NCBI RefSeq assembly: GCF_006345805.1
Contig: NC_043001.1
Location: forward strand, 81,902,001 to 81,966,000
Direction: 5' to 3'
Source: Octopus sinensis
Taxonomy: Eukaryota
DNA: 64,000 bases
Below are positions 53,327 to 64,000 of the stretch, one piece after another (positions within the stretch are counted from its first letter, which is position 1; each line of letters starts with the position of its first letter). The position numbers and the translations under genes were made by a program. The notes beneath the pieces are model-generated. The model was not told where the DNA came from and made no database searches. It saw nothing but the letters and a program-made list of their open reading frames with translations.

Positions 53327-53637
53327 GTGTCGAGCCACAGTCATATTGACCTGATCGCAAGACACTAAAAGAATACGAAGCGGTAACGTGAGCGAAAATT
53401 AACCGGGAAACGTCAGTGGGCTTGCATCTCGGCAATCTCGGCAGTCTCCATCGTGGTACCCAGGACCGATGGACCGGTTAAATTGTTCGGGGTCTGGTTC
53501 AGTCCAGACCTGCAACTGGAGAAGAACTGGGACGAGATACCGAGTAGGGTGGCTACTCTCACACAGCAATGGATCGAGAAAGTATCCCTAAAACGTCTGG
53601 TGGAGGTGGCGAATGCATACATCACATCCGTCATCTA
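53327..53637 (+). mobile_element. Tx1/L1-clade LINE fragment (RT C-terminal part), copy 1
   Basis: HIDL..KTLKEYEAVT*AKINRETSVGL..GPVKLFGVWFSPDLQLEKNW..SLKRLVEVANAYITSVI. Confidence 0.8.
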
Positions 53638-53875
53638 GTACCTATTTCTTTACTGCCCACAAGGGGCTACACACAGAGGGGACAAACAAGGACAGACAAA
53701 CGAATTAAGTCGATTACATCGACCCCAGTGCGTAACTGGTACTTAATTTATCGACCCCGAAAGGATGACAGGCAAAGTCGACCTCGGCGGAATTTGAACT
53801 CAGAACGTAACGGCAGAGGAAATACGGCTACGCATTTCACCCAGCGTGCTAACGTTTCTGCCAGCTCGCCGCCTT
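53638..53875 (-). mobile_element. SINE family B (duplicated at 54807-55044)
   Basis: Near-consensus B body inside the tandem duplication. Confidence 0.8.
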
Positions 53876-54079
53876 GACCATCGTGCCTTGTATGTATGTA
53901 TGTATGTATGTATGTATGTATGTATGTATTATGTATGTATGTATGTATGTATGTATGTTGTATGTATGTATGGATGGATGGATGGATGGATGGATAGATG
54001 TATGGATGTATGTATGTATATATATATATATATATATATATACGTGTGTGTATATAAATATATGTATACATATACATAC

Positions 54080-54144
<65 letters not shown>

Positions 54145-54299
54145 TACAACACACAGGAAGAGATCTATAACTATGCATACGTGCGTATGTACACTATGAA
54201 TGAATTGTATGTGTACGTGACCAAATGAATGTATGTGACATATCAGAGATAGAGCGACAAAATACGGTAGTACATATAAACAGAGTATATTTACCAGCT

Positions 54300-54368
<69 letters not shown>

Positions 54369-54413
54369 TTATCTATCCATCTGTCTGTCTGTCTGTCTGC
54401 CTATCTGTCTGTC

Positions 54414-54450
<37 letters not shown>

Positions 54451-54471
54451 AGCTATCAATCTATCTCACTT

Positions 54472-54806
54472 GTGTCGAGCCACAGTCATATTGACCTGAT
54501 CGGCAAGACACTAAAAGAATACGAAGCGGTAACGTGAGCGAAAATTAACCGGGAAACGTCAGTGGGCTTGCATCTCGGCAATTAGAGAAATAAGCCCATG
54601 CCGTCCAACTGCGTCTCCATCGTGGTACCCAGGACCGATGGACCGGTTAAATTGTTCGGGGTCTGGTTCAGTCCAGACCTGCAACTGGAGAAGAACTGGG
54701 ACGAGATACCGAGTAGGGTGGCTACTCTCACACAGCAATGGATCGAGAAAGTATCCCTAAAACGTCTGGTGGAGGTGGCGAATGCATACATCACATCCGT
54801 CATCTA
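54472..54806 (+). mobile_element. Tx1/L1-clade LINE fragment (RT C-terminal part), copy 2
   Basis: Same sequence as copy 1 but keeps 30 bp (54583-54612) that copy 1 lacks. Confidence 0.8.
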
Positions 54807-55154
54807 GTACCTATTTCTTTACTGCCCACAGGGGCTACACACAGAGGGGACAAACAAGGACAGACAAACGAATTAAGTCGATTACATCGACCCCAGTGCG
54901 TAACTGGTACTTAATTTATCGACCCCGAAAGGATGACAGGCAAAGTCGACCTCGGCGGAATTTGAACTCAGAACGTAACGGCAGAGGAAATACGGCTACG
55001 CATTTCACCCAGCGTGCTAACGTTTCTGCCAGCTCGCCGCCTTGACCATCGTGCCTTGTATGTATGTATGTATGTATGTATGTATGTATGTATGTATGTA
55101 TGTATGTATGTATGTATGTACGTACGTATGTATGTACGTATGTATGTATATATG

Positions 55155-55186
<32 letters not shown>

Positions 55187-55699
55187 TGTATGTATGTATG
55201 TATGTATGTATGTATTTATGTATGTATGTATGTATATATGTGTATGTATGTATGTATGTATGTATGTATGCATGCATGCATGCATGCATGTATGTATGTA
55301 TGTATGTATGTATGTATGTATGTATGTATGTATGTGTGTGTGTGTGTGTGTGTATGTATGTGTATTTCTGCTTACATACATATATACATGTATGCATGTT
55401 CTTTTTCTCGTTTTAATTTTAGAGTTAATTTTGATCGGACACTTAATTGGTAGCAATGTTGTGAAGGAAAGTATTTTTTAATGTATGTATGGAGTTATAT
55501 GTGTGTGTGTGTGTGTGTGTGCTCGCGCGTATATTGGTGCGCGCATGCATATATCTCGTTTGCTATATGTAGCTATGGCCGAAACATCATTATCATGAAA
55601 TAACAAAATTTATTTCGGAATACTTTTCTGCAAGAGTAGGAGATTTTGTTTCTTCAATCTCCATCACCGTTTATATTTTTACTCTTGAGCTACGTTAAA

Positions 55700-56290
55700 C
55701 CTCCTCCTCCTCCTCTTCTCCCTCCTCCCCCCTTCTCCCCATCTTCATCCACATCCCCTCCTCCTCTTCTTTCCTCCTCCTCCACCTCCACCTCTAGTTC
55801 ATCAACATCATCATCACCGTCATCGTCAACATCACCGTCGTTGTCGTATTCGTTGACGCCGCTGTCACTTTTGTCTTCGCCGCCACCCCACCACCACCAC
55901 CACCACTAACACCGCAACAACAACAACAGCAACATCAACCACCGCAACAGCAACAACAACAACAGCAACAACAACAAGGATCGTCATCTTTACTATTGTC
56001 ATTATAGTCATCGTATTCATCATTGTTGCCGTTACACTCGTCCATGTTACCAGCACCACCAGCACCACCCCACTACTATTAACACCAACACCAACACTAC
56101 TATCATCAATATCATCATAATTCTCTTCATCACCATCATCAACAACATCATCATCATCGCCTTGATGAAGAGCATCATCGACAGCATCGTTATGATGATG
56201 ATGATGATCATCATCATCATCGTCGTCGTCGTCGTCGTCGTCATCATCATCATCCTCATCATCGCCACCGCCATTATCATCATTACTTCT
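55700..56290. repeat. Mixed trinucleotide low-complexity tract (CCT/CAT/CAA/CAC)
   Basis: Direct reading. Confidence 0.9.
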
Positions 56291-57252
56291 AAATTTTATA
56301 TCCCAACCATTCTGCAGCTCTAATAGAGAAAACACAAAACAAAAAAAAAAAAACCCAACAAACAAAGAAATCCGGAAAGGGAGATATCCTCCATTACAAA
56401 TTCTTTTTTGTTGTTATTTAATTGTTTCGATATTCGCCTATTGTCTTGTTTTGTTGGTCGAATTCTAAGAGAACGAAAAAAATCCCCACTCCCACTACCC
56501 CCCGCCCCCCCCCCCAAAAAAGACCCCCAAAAAAACAAAAAAACTAAGTATCCAAACCCGGATGTAAACCAATTGCCTGAAACTACTGAAATTAATATGT
56601 CATAGGGAGTGTTGGAATCGATCCTGCCATGGACGCTTTCATAGCTAACTTATTGATAAATAGAGTGAAAATCCCAAAAGCCGTGGTTTAGTCTCTGTTT
56701 GTAGTTTAATTCAAAATTTATTGGTTTGTGTAAGAACTGAGCTGGTCATGAGTCACTAATGGCCGTTTTGACATACCGTGGTTACTTCCTGTTACACACA
56801 CACACACGCGCGCGCACAAACACAATCACACACACGCTCATACACTGACACATGTTGTGTGCCTAAGTGTCTATGTTTACAATTATAGACACACAAGCGT
56901 ATACATTATACACACACACATATATATGCACACACACACACATTTATATATATATAATATATATACACACATGTATATACATTTACACATATACACGTAT
57001 GTAATATATATATGTATATATATGTATACATGTATGTACATTTATACGTATACACATATATAAAATATACTATATATATATATGCACTGTACATATACAT
57101 AGGGTATATATATATAGTGTATATACATATATATATAGTATATATATATATTCATATATTATATACGTGTATATGTATAAATGTATAAAGATGAGTATGC
57201 ATGTGAATGTCTATGTATATACGTGTATTTATACAGGTATGCGTGTCTGTAC

Positions 57253-57328
<76 letters not shown>

Positions 57329-57476
57329 GCGTGTGTGTGTGTCCGCTTGGGATGTCTATATATAAATACATTCTCTTGCAAACACATGACTCAGTTGTAC
57401 TTTATTTAGATAGTTTGATCTAATGGTTAGAGCACCAGCAATAAATCACTAATCCAGAAATACAGCAGGCAATAAC

Positions 57477-57545
<69 letters not shown>

Positions 57546-57546
<1 letters not shown>

Positions 57547-57908
57547 CAACAAGAGCACTCAAAGAGCGCAAATCTCTGCCAAGGCAACACCATCATCCTC
57601 TCAACGGTTAACTAGAGATGATTTTTAAAATGAGAATAGCTGAAGTAAACTCGACTGCTCTCGAAAACGAGAGTACTAAAAATGGACCGGACCGCTCTCA
57701 AAAATTAAGTAAAATAATAATAAAAAAAAAAACTGAATCCTTGTCCGGTACCGGATCGATCCCAAAATATAATCAGTTCATGTCGTGAGGCCAATCATCC
57801 CTGAAAGTTTCTTCCGAATCCATCTCGCGGTTCTTGAGATATCTTGTCCACGGATAAACAAACACGGCTGAAAACAATACCTCCGCCTCCGTTGAGGGGG
57901 AGGAATAA
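57546..57908 (-). mobile_element. Probable Helentron-associated (DINE-1/HINE-like) non-autonomous element
   Basis: Terminal hairpin CCTCCGCC..GGGGGAGG, a related subterminal CTCTGCCAAGG at the other end and a short internal TGTT-type repeat. The family call is from recalled architecture. Confidence 0.45.
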
Positions 57909-57949
57909 CAACAACAACAACAACAACAACAATAATAATTCATTTATTC

Positions 57950-58189
57950 TTTTATTTGTTTCAGTCATTTGACTGCGGCCATGCTGGAGCACCGCCTTTA
58001 GTCAAACAAATCGACCCCAGGACTTATTCTTTGTAAGCTTAGTACTTATTCTATAGTTCTCTCTTGCCGAACCGCTAAGTTACGGAGACGTAAACACACC
58101 AGCCTCGGTTGTCTAGCGATGTTGGGGGACAAACACAGATACACAAACATAGATACACAAACACACACACACACACACACACACAACAC

Positions 58190-58234
<45 letters not shown>

Positions 58235-58390
58235 GACAGGTTTCTTTGAGTTTCCGTCTACCAAATCCACTCACAAGGCTTTGGTCGGCTCGAGTAGAAG
58301 ACACTTGCCCAGGGTTCAACGCAGTGGGACTGAACCCGGAACCATGTGGCTGGTAAGCAAGCTACTTGCCACACAGCCACTCCAGCGCCT
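57950..58390 (-). mobile_element. SINE family A
   Basis: Full family A body, flanked by AAT-type repeats. Confidence 0.85.
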
Positions 58391-58687
58391 ATAATTATAA
58401 CAATAATGATAATAATAATAATCCTTTCTTCTAAAGTCACACATTTTAGGAGAGGGGACTCCTCGCTTACATCGACCTCAGTGTTTCACAGGTACTTAAT
58501 TCATCGACCCTGAAAGTATGGAAGGCAAAGTTGACCCCAACGACATTTGGGCTAAGAACGTAAAGACAGACGAAATGCCGCTAAGCATTGTGTCTGGTTT
58601 GCAAATAATAATAATAATAATGATAATAATAATAACAACAACAACAACAACAACAACAGCAACAACAATAATAATAATGATAATGAT

Positions 58688-58742
<55 letters not shown>

Positions 58743-58743
<1 letters not shown>

Positions 58744-59647
58744 AGCTGGAAAACTACTATAAAATAACCACCATAGGACTGCAAAAATATCTACTTCAGA
58801 AGGAAGGAAAACTGATACAAATAGCGGCAAAACACGAGCAAAACAAAGAACTGTTCTCAGTATTTAAGGAAGCTGACAAATACAAACAAGAAATCATACC
58901 ACCTAACAAATATGAAGAAGAAGAAGAAGAAGAAGAAGAAGAAGATGAAGAAACAACAAAAGCTATAACACAAATGAAATCCAAACTAAAACTAGAACAG
59001 CAACGAACCATGATAAAACGATGGCAAGAAAAGCCCCTTCATGGTAAATACTGGACTAAACTAAATGCAAAAGAAATAGACAAAGAAAATCCCAGCAATG
59101 TTGAGAAGCTCAGCACTCAAAGCAGAGACAGAGGGATTTTTAATTGCAGCACAAGACCAAAGCCTCCCCACCAGAAATTACCAAAAACATGTAATGAAAA
59201 GAATATAACAAGTAACTGCAGAATATGTGGAGATGGACAGAAACAATAAATCATATTATCTCTGGCTGCCAGTCCTGGCTAAGAAGGAATATATTCACAG
59301 ACATGACAGAGTTGGGACCTACATACACTGGAAGCTATGCCAACATTATGGAATAACAACAGAAAAAAGATGGTATAGGCACACACCAGAAAAGGTCACA
59401 AAAAACGAGAAAGCAACCATACTTTGGGATATGCCGATACACACAGATAGAGAAATTAAGGCCAACAGACCAGATATAGTTGTCAGAGATCACGAAGAAA
59501 AAAAATGCTTTCTAATTGATGTATCAATACCGGCAGATGACAACGTTTCTCTAAAAGAAATGGAGAAACTTTCAAAATACAAAGACCTGGAAATAGAGGT
59601 AACTAGAATGTGGAATCTAAAAACAGAAACAATTCCTATCATAGTAG
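58743..59647 (+). mobile_element. R4/Dong-clade non-LTR retrotransposon fragment (post-RT region, CCHC knuckle, restriction-like endonuclease)
   Basis: WQEKPLHGKY; LKAETEGFLIAAQDQSL; CRICG..ETINHIISGC; RHDRV..IHWKLC; ILWD..IHTDREIKANRPDIVV; IDVSIP; EKLSKYKDL. Several -1 frameshifts. Confidence 0.92.
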
Positions 59648-60110
59648 CTTTGGTCCCAGCCCTCTCTATGATGTATCACATGAGGTGGAGGTTGTCGTGG
59701 ATAGACCTGCTCGTTTGCGCTTCTCCGATCAGGCTAACGATGGCAAGCACCAGCCTTTTCGCTAATACCTTGGCCAAAATCTCAAATTCTCATGTACGTT
59801 CCCATTGTTGGCGTCCTTCCTCAGTGGTGTCACCACACCTCTGCTAACAGCATTAGGAAATCTCCCGTTCTGTTGCCATTTACGGTAGGCGTCTGCTAAG
59901 AGGTCACCAAATAAATCTGACATGAAAACATAGAATTCATAGGGCAAACCATCCAAACCAGGTGATCTGCGACTTGTGCAATCGCTCGTCACCTCCCAAA
60001 TTTCAGCGGCTGTTATCAGCCTTTCACGCAACATCGCGTCAACTGCCGAGAGCCGCGGCAAGCAGTCCACATACGAACTAAAGTCCAGTACCGTCGTCGA
60101 CCCATCGCCG
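59648..60110 (-). mobile_element. Tx1/L1-clade LINE fragment (RT N-terminal part)
   Basis: ITAAEIWEV..SPGLDGLPYEFY..LLADAY..WQQNGRFP..VSRGVV, then (shifted frame) EILAKVLAKRL..LIGEAQ..RSIHDNLHLM. Confidence 0.85.
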
Positions 60111-60864
60111 ATTGTATTACCATTATTGTTAACATAACAATAATGATAATACGATCGGCCTTGACCAGTCCACCTGCCCATGCAGTCTCTACGGTCGTAC
60201 CGGTTTGTTACAAATTGGATTTGTCAGGCATCAGCAAGAAGCTTGCAACAGGTGCGGATATCTGCCCCACCCAACACTGCCAGTAAGTCTTCGTTCGCGA
60301 GGCCGAGTCGTGCGATGTACGTATGATAGAAGAGAAATGAGTTTGTAAAAAACCCGGCAGGTAAGTTCTGTGCGTTTAGTCAGTTTAGTTGTGACAGAGT
60401 AAAAGAGAGCAAGAGTGTGTGTGAGAGAGAGAGAGAATGAGAGAGAGAGAGTGTTTGTGTGAGTGTGTGTGTGTGTGAGAGAGTGTGAGAGAGAGAGTGG
60501 AGGGAAAGAGTAAGGGTAAGAGACGATGTCTCAGCTGTTAGAGGTGTCTTGTACGTGCTACTCTTGTAACTTGTGGGAGAACTTGAATCATCCAAGCTGT
60601 GTTATCTTTCTGTTTCTCAAAGAAAGCTTGTCCTTTATTAGACGCAATATTATCATTTATTAATGTGTGAACAGGTCAGAGTTAAAAAAACTCAATTGTT
60701 TCACTCAAGTCGAGAAGACTCCCTGGCGCCAATTCTTTTTTTTTTCTAGGTGGGGCATCGGCTTTTCAATTGTCATTTGCATTGTAATACTTTACAAATG
60801 TAGAGACAATTTTGAATATTGTGGTTTTGTTTTGAATAAAGAGAAATTCAATTTCAAATCCTGG

Positions 60865-61116
60865 TCAAGCAGTTTCCAAGCATGAGAAAACACTTGGCTG
60901 GGAACCAGTATAGCAGTGATGATGACGTCATCAGCTGTTGATAACATTTTTTGACAATCAAGATAAAAGTTTCTTCACCAATGGGATCCAAGTACTGCAA
61001 CTCCGATGGAATAAGTGTGTAGACTGCCAGAGGAACTATGTTGAAAAATAAACGTAATTTGGTCACATTCCATTAGGGTATTTTGGTCAGGCTATGTACT
61101 TTTCAGCCGATCCTCG
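60865..61116 (+). mobile_element. Mariner transposon 3' end (transposase C-terminus + right TIR)
   Basis: FPSMRKHLAGNQYSSDDDVI..FFDNQDKSFFTNGIQVLQLRWNKCVDCQRNYVEK*, then a TIR-like ...ACTTTTCAGCCGATCCTCG followed by TA. Confidence 0.85.
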
Positions 61117-61689
61117 TATAAGTATACGACGGAATTCCTTCAGTTTTCACCTACTTAATCCACTCACGGGGATTTTATCGGCCCGGAGCTATAGTAGAAG
61201 GCACTTGCCCAAGATGTCACTCAGTTGGACTGAATCCAGACCATGTGGTTGAACAGCAAACTTCATACCACAAATCCATACCTGCGCCTATGCCACATCG
61301 GCGACTATGTCACACCTGCGTCTATTAATAACATTTATTGATTACATTTCGTAAATATGAGCTGCAACTGAAGATGGAACGAAATGCTGACGGAGAGTAA
61401 TGCGAAAGCTCCTCATTGTACTTTATCTAACTGGTTCCCATAAGCCTGTATGTGTTGTCTTATCAGATAATTACCGTATGTGTATGCTATAGAGTCGGCC
61501 CTTTAATAAAGGTGAGTGATAGCGGGAGATGTGCGTGAGAAAGAGTGAGAGGAAGGATGAAGAAGATTTCAAAAAAAGTGGGGGGGGGGAGGGGAGACAA
61601 GTGTTGAGTAGAGAATGGAAAAGGTGAATAGGAAAGAGAGGATTCAAAAGACAATGGAGGACGTGTAATGATACATATGATTGTATATC

Positions 61690-62021
61690 AATATCTATAT
61701 ATTTGTATGTATGCATGCATGTATGCAAGTACGCATGTACGCATGTACGCATGTATGCATGCGTGTATGTATGTATGTATGTATGTATGTATGTATGTAT
61801 GTATGTATGTATGAATTTATGTATGTCTGTATGTATTTATGTATGTATGTATGTATGTACGTATGTATGCATGCATGCATGTATGTATGTATGTATGTTT
61901 GTATGTATGTATGTATGTATGTATGTATGTATGAATTTATGTATGTCTGTATGTATTTATGTATGTATGTATGTATGTATGTACGTATGTATGCATGCAT
62001 GCATGTATGTATGTTTGTATG

Positions 62022-62053
<32 letters not shown>

Positions 62054-62095
62054 TGTATGTATGTATGTATGTATCTATCTATCTATCTATCTATC
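61690..62095. repeat. (TATG)n compound microsatellite; a similar array at 55058-55340
   Basis: Direct reading. Confidence 0.95.
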
Positions 62096-62529
62096 CACAT
62101 ATATATGAGAGCCCTTTAAGAGGTATTTATATACTTGACATAATGTGTATGTGTGTGTGTGTGTGTGTGAGTGAATGAAATACAAGACTACATATACACA
62201 CGCACATTACACGCACACACACGCATACAAAAAGGGAGAGATCATGTGAGAGTGAGTGGGATATGGACGTGGACAAAGAGATGTAAGAAAAAGAAATCGA
62301 AAGACGATTATATATATATATACACACATCTATCTATCTATATATATATATATGAAGACACACACATACATATATATACATATGTATGCATATATATGTA
62401 TATAGATATACATAAATACATCCATATATATGTCAATACACACGCACACGTGCGCACATAGAAACTGAGAAAATAGACACACGAGAAGAGAGAGATAAAA
62501 GAAAGGAGGGAGAGGTTATACATATACCC

Positions 62530-62563
<34 letters not shown>

Positions 62564-63270
62564 CGGGGGAAAGAAAGAGAGAGCGAGAGAGAGAGAGAGA
62601 AAGAAAGGAAGAGAGAAAGATGAAAGTGAGAGATGAAGTTGGTGAAATAAAAAAAAACGAGAGATTAGAGTGATGATGAAGTTTAATCCGGCACGTGTCT
62701 GGCTTAGGGCTATAATCTGCAGTGGAGTGTCTATTGAATACTGTGCTATTAATGAAGGAGATGAATGAACAAAGAAAAAGGAGGGAAGATAAAGAAATAT
62801 ATAGAAAATCCTACTTCCGCCCAGATTAGCTGTGACTTCCGCTGTAATTTACTCAACTGGTTTCTCCCCGCCATTTTTTAAAATACTTGCACACCTGTAG
62901 ATACACACATACACATTCTCTCTTTCTCTCTCTCCCTCTCTCTCTTTCTCTCTCTATCACAAATGTTTTATAACTTTGTGTTACGAACGAGCTGAAAAGT
63001 GCTCAATACAAGCTGTGGAGTTTATTTATTTGGAAATGACGGACTATTCAATTAGTAGCTCTACTCAGAGTCTCTCGCTGCGTTTGATCAAAGAGATGAA
63101 TCTTATGTGTGTATAAACACGTGCATACATGCATATATACATACGTACATTTATAGATACATACACACACACACACACACACACACGCATATACTTACAT
63201 ACATGCTTATATACGTACATAATACATACATGCATACATGCATACATACATACATACATACATACATACA

Positions 63271-63302
<32 letters not shown>

Positions 63303-63326
63303 CACATACGTACATAGGTAGAGTGT

Positions 63327-63660
63327 GAAGGCGCATGGCTCAGTGGTTAGAGCGTCGACCTTACGATCGTGAGGTTGTGAGTTCGAATCTCGGACCGGGC
63401 TGCGTGTTGTGTTCTTGAGCAAGACACATTATTTCACGTTGCTCCAGATCACTCAGCTGTAGAAATGAGTTGCGATGTCACAGGTGCCAAGCTGTCTCGG
63501 CTCCTTTGTCTTTCCCTTGGATAACACTGGTGGCGTAGAGAGGGGAGGTCGGTATGCATGGGCGACTGCTGGCCTTCCATAAAACAACCTTGCCCGGACT
63601 TGTGATGGGAGGGTAACTTTCTAGGTGCAATCCCCATGGTCATTCATGACCGAAGGGGGC
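63327..63660 (+). mobile_element. SINE family C, full-length
   Basis: A-box TGGCTCAGTGG, B-box GAGTTCGAATC, CTTGAGCAAGACA core, tail ...ATGACCGAAGGGG. Confidence 0.82.
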
Positions 63661-63662
63661 CT

Positions 63663-63697
<35 letters not shown>

Positions 63698-64000
63698 CAT
63701 AGATACATGCTCCTGAGTTTCTAAACTCAATAGATGCACACACTTGCTGAGTGCATCCACATTGCAATCAACATACACATCGCATATTTAAAAACACCGG
63801 GAACTCTCTCAACTCAAAAAATCTGGTTACTTTGTTAGCAACGGCTTGAATTTTTTCAGGAAGAACTTAACCCATTAGCGCCCGTGGTCCTTTTTTAGGA
63901 CCAGAAGGATAATCTACCATATTTTTGCAACACCCGTATTTTTCTGAGATATCTTTAGTTAGTCATCAAGACCGGAGTGTCTTTCAAACATTGCAATAAA

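Larger units (their letters stand above)
52752..55057. repeat. Tandem duplication, 2 x ~1.17 kb
   Basis: Anchors offset by 1161-1169 bp (e.g. 53444/54613). Each unit = (TATG)n + TA/TCTA repeats + Tx1 fragment + SINE B. Confidence 0.95.

Noticed and set aside
55865-56365. Acidic poly-Asp/His ORF
   Set aside because: It is a trinucleotide low-complexity tract with no splice or homology support.
58518-59847. ORFs of 243 aa and 206 aa as host genes
   Set aside because: They are chimeras of SINE, TAA repeat, Dong and antisense Tx1 sequence.
63327-63400. tRNA gene (A and B boxes)
   Set aside because: It is the head of a multi-copy SINE that continues into the SINE body; no complete cloverleaf seen. 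The same applies to the other SINE heads.

Overview
AT-rich, microsatellite-dense animal genomic DNA, most likely from an octopus (coleoid cephalopod). That assignment is inferred from the SINE/LINE repertoire, not from a database search. Only one host-gene coding exon is supportable, and the ORF track misses it: 49046-48950 on the minus strand, MGKDQDLTNAIKNQDISTIQKILTKAVRPVKN, followed by a GTAAGT donor. It matches the N-terminus of Caskin/ANKS1-family ankyrin-SAM scaffolds. No second exon was found, so positions 1-48949 are probably one intron of at least 49 kb. A SINE-poor region with a GC-rich tip (49047-51581) probably holds the 5' UTR/promoter and ends at a 100-N gap. Everything else is repeat-derived. 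There are three tRNA-type SINE families; fragments of RTE, Tx1/L1, CR1-like and R4/Dong LINEs; a Penelope GIY-YIG fragment; a mariner fragment; hAT, piggyBac, Tigger and Tc1 MITEs; a Helentron-like element; and many microsatellites. Nearly all listed ORFs are simple-repeat or TE artefacts. I found no new multi-gene system. The most notable features are structural: inverted young SINE trios and a 286-bp palindrome inside the intron (possible dsRNA/ADAR substrates), a candidate 15-nt microexon, a 77-bp templated insertion into a SINE, a 4x183-bp array made from an RTE 3' end, a 1.17-kb microsatellite-bounded tandem duplication with a repair scar, and a young Dong element beside a TAA tract. TE boundaries were read by eye and are approximate unless a TSD or TIR is quoted.
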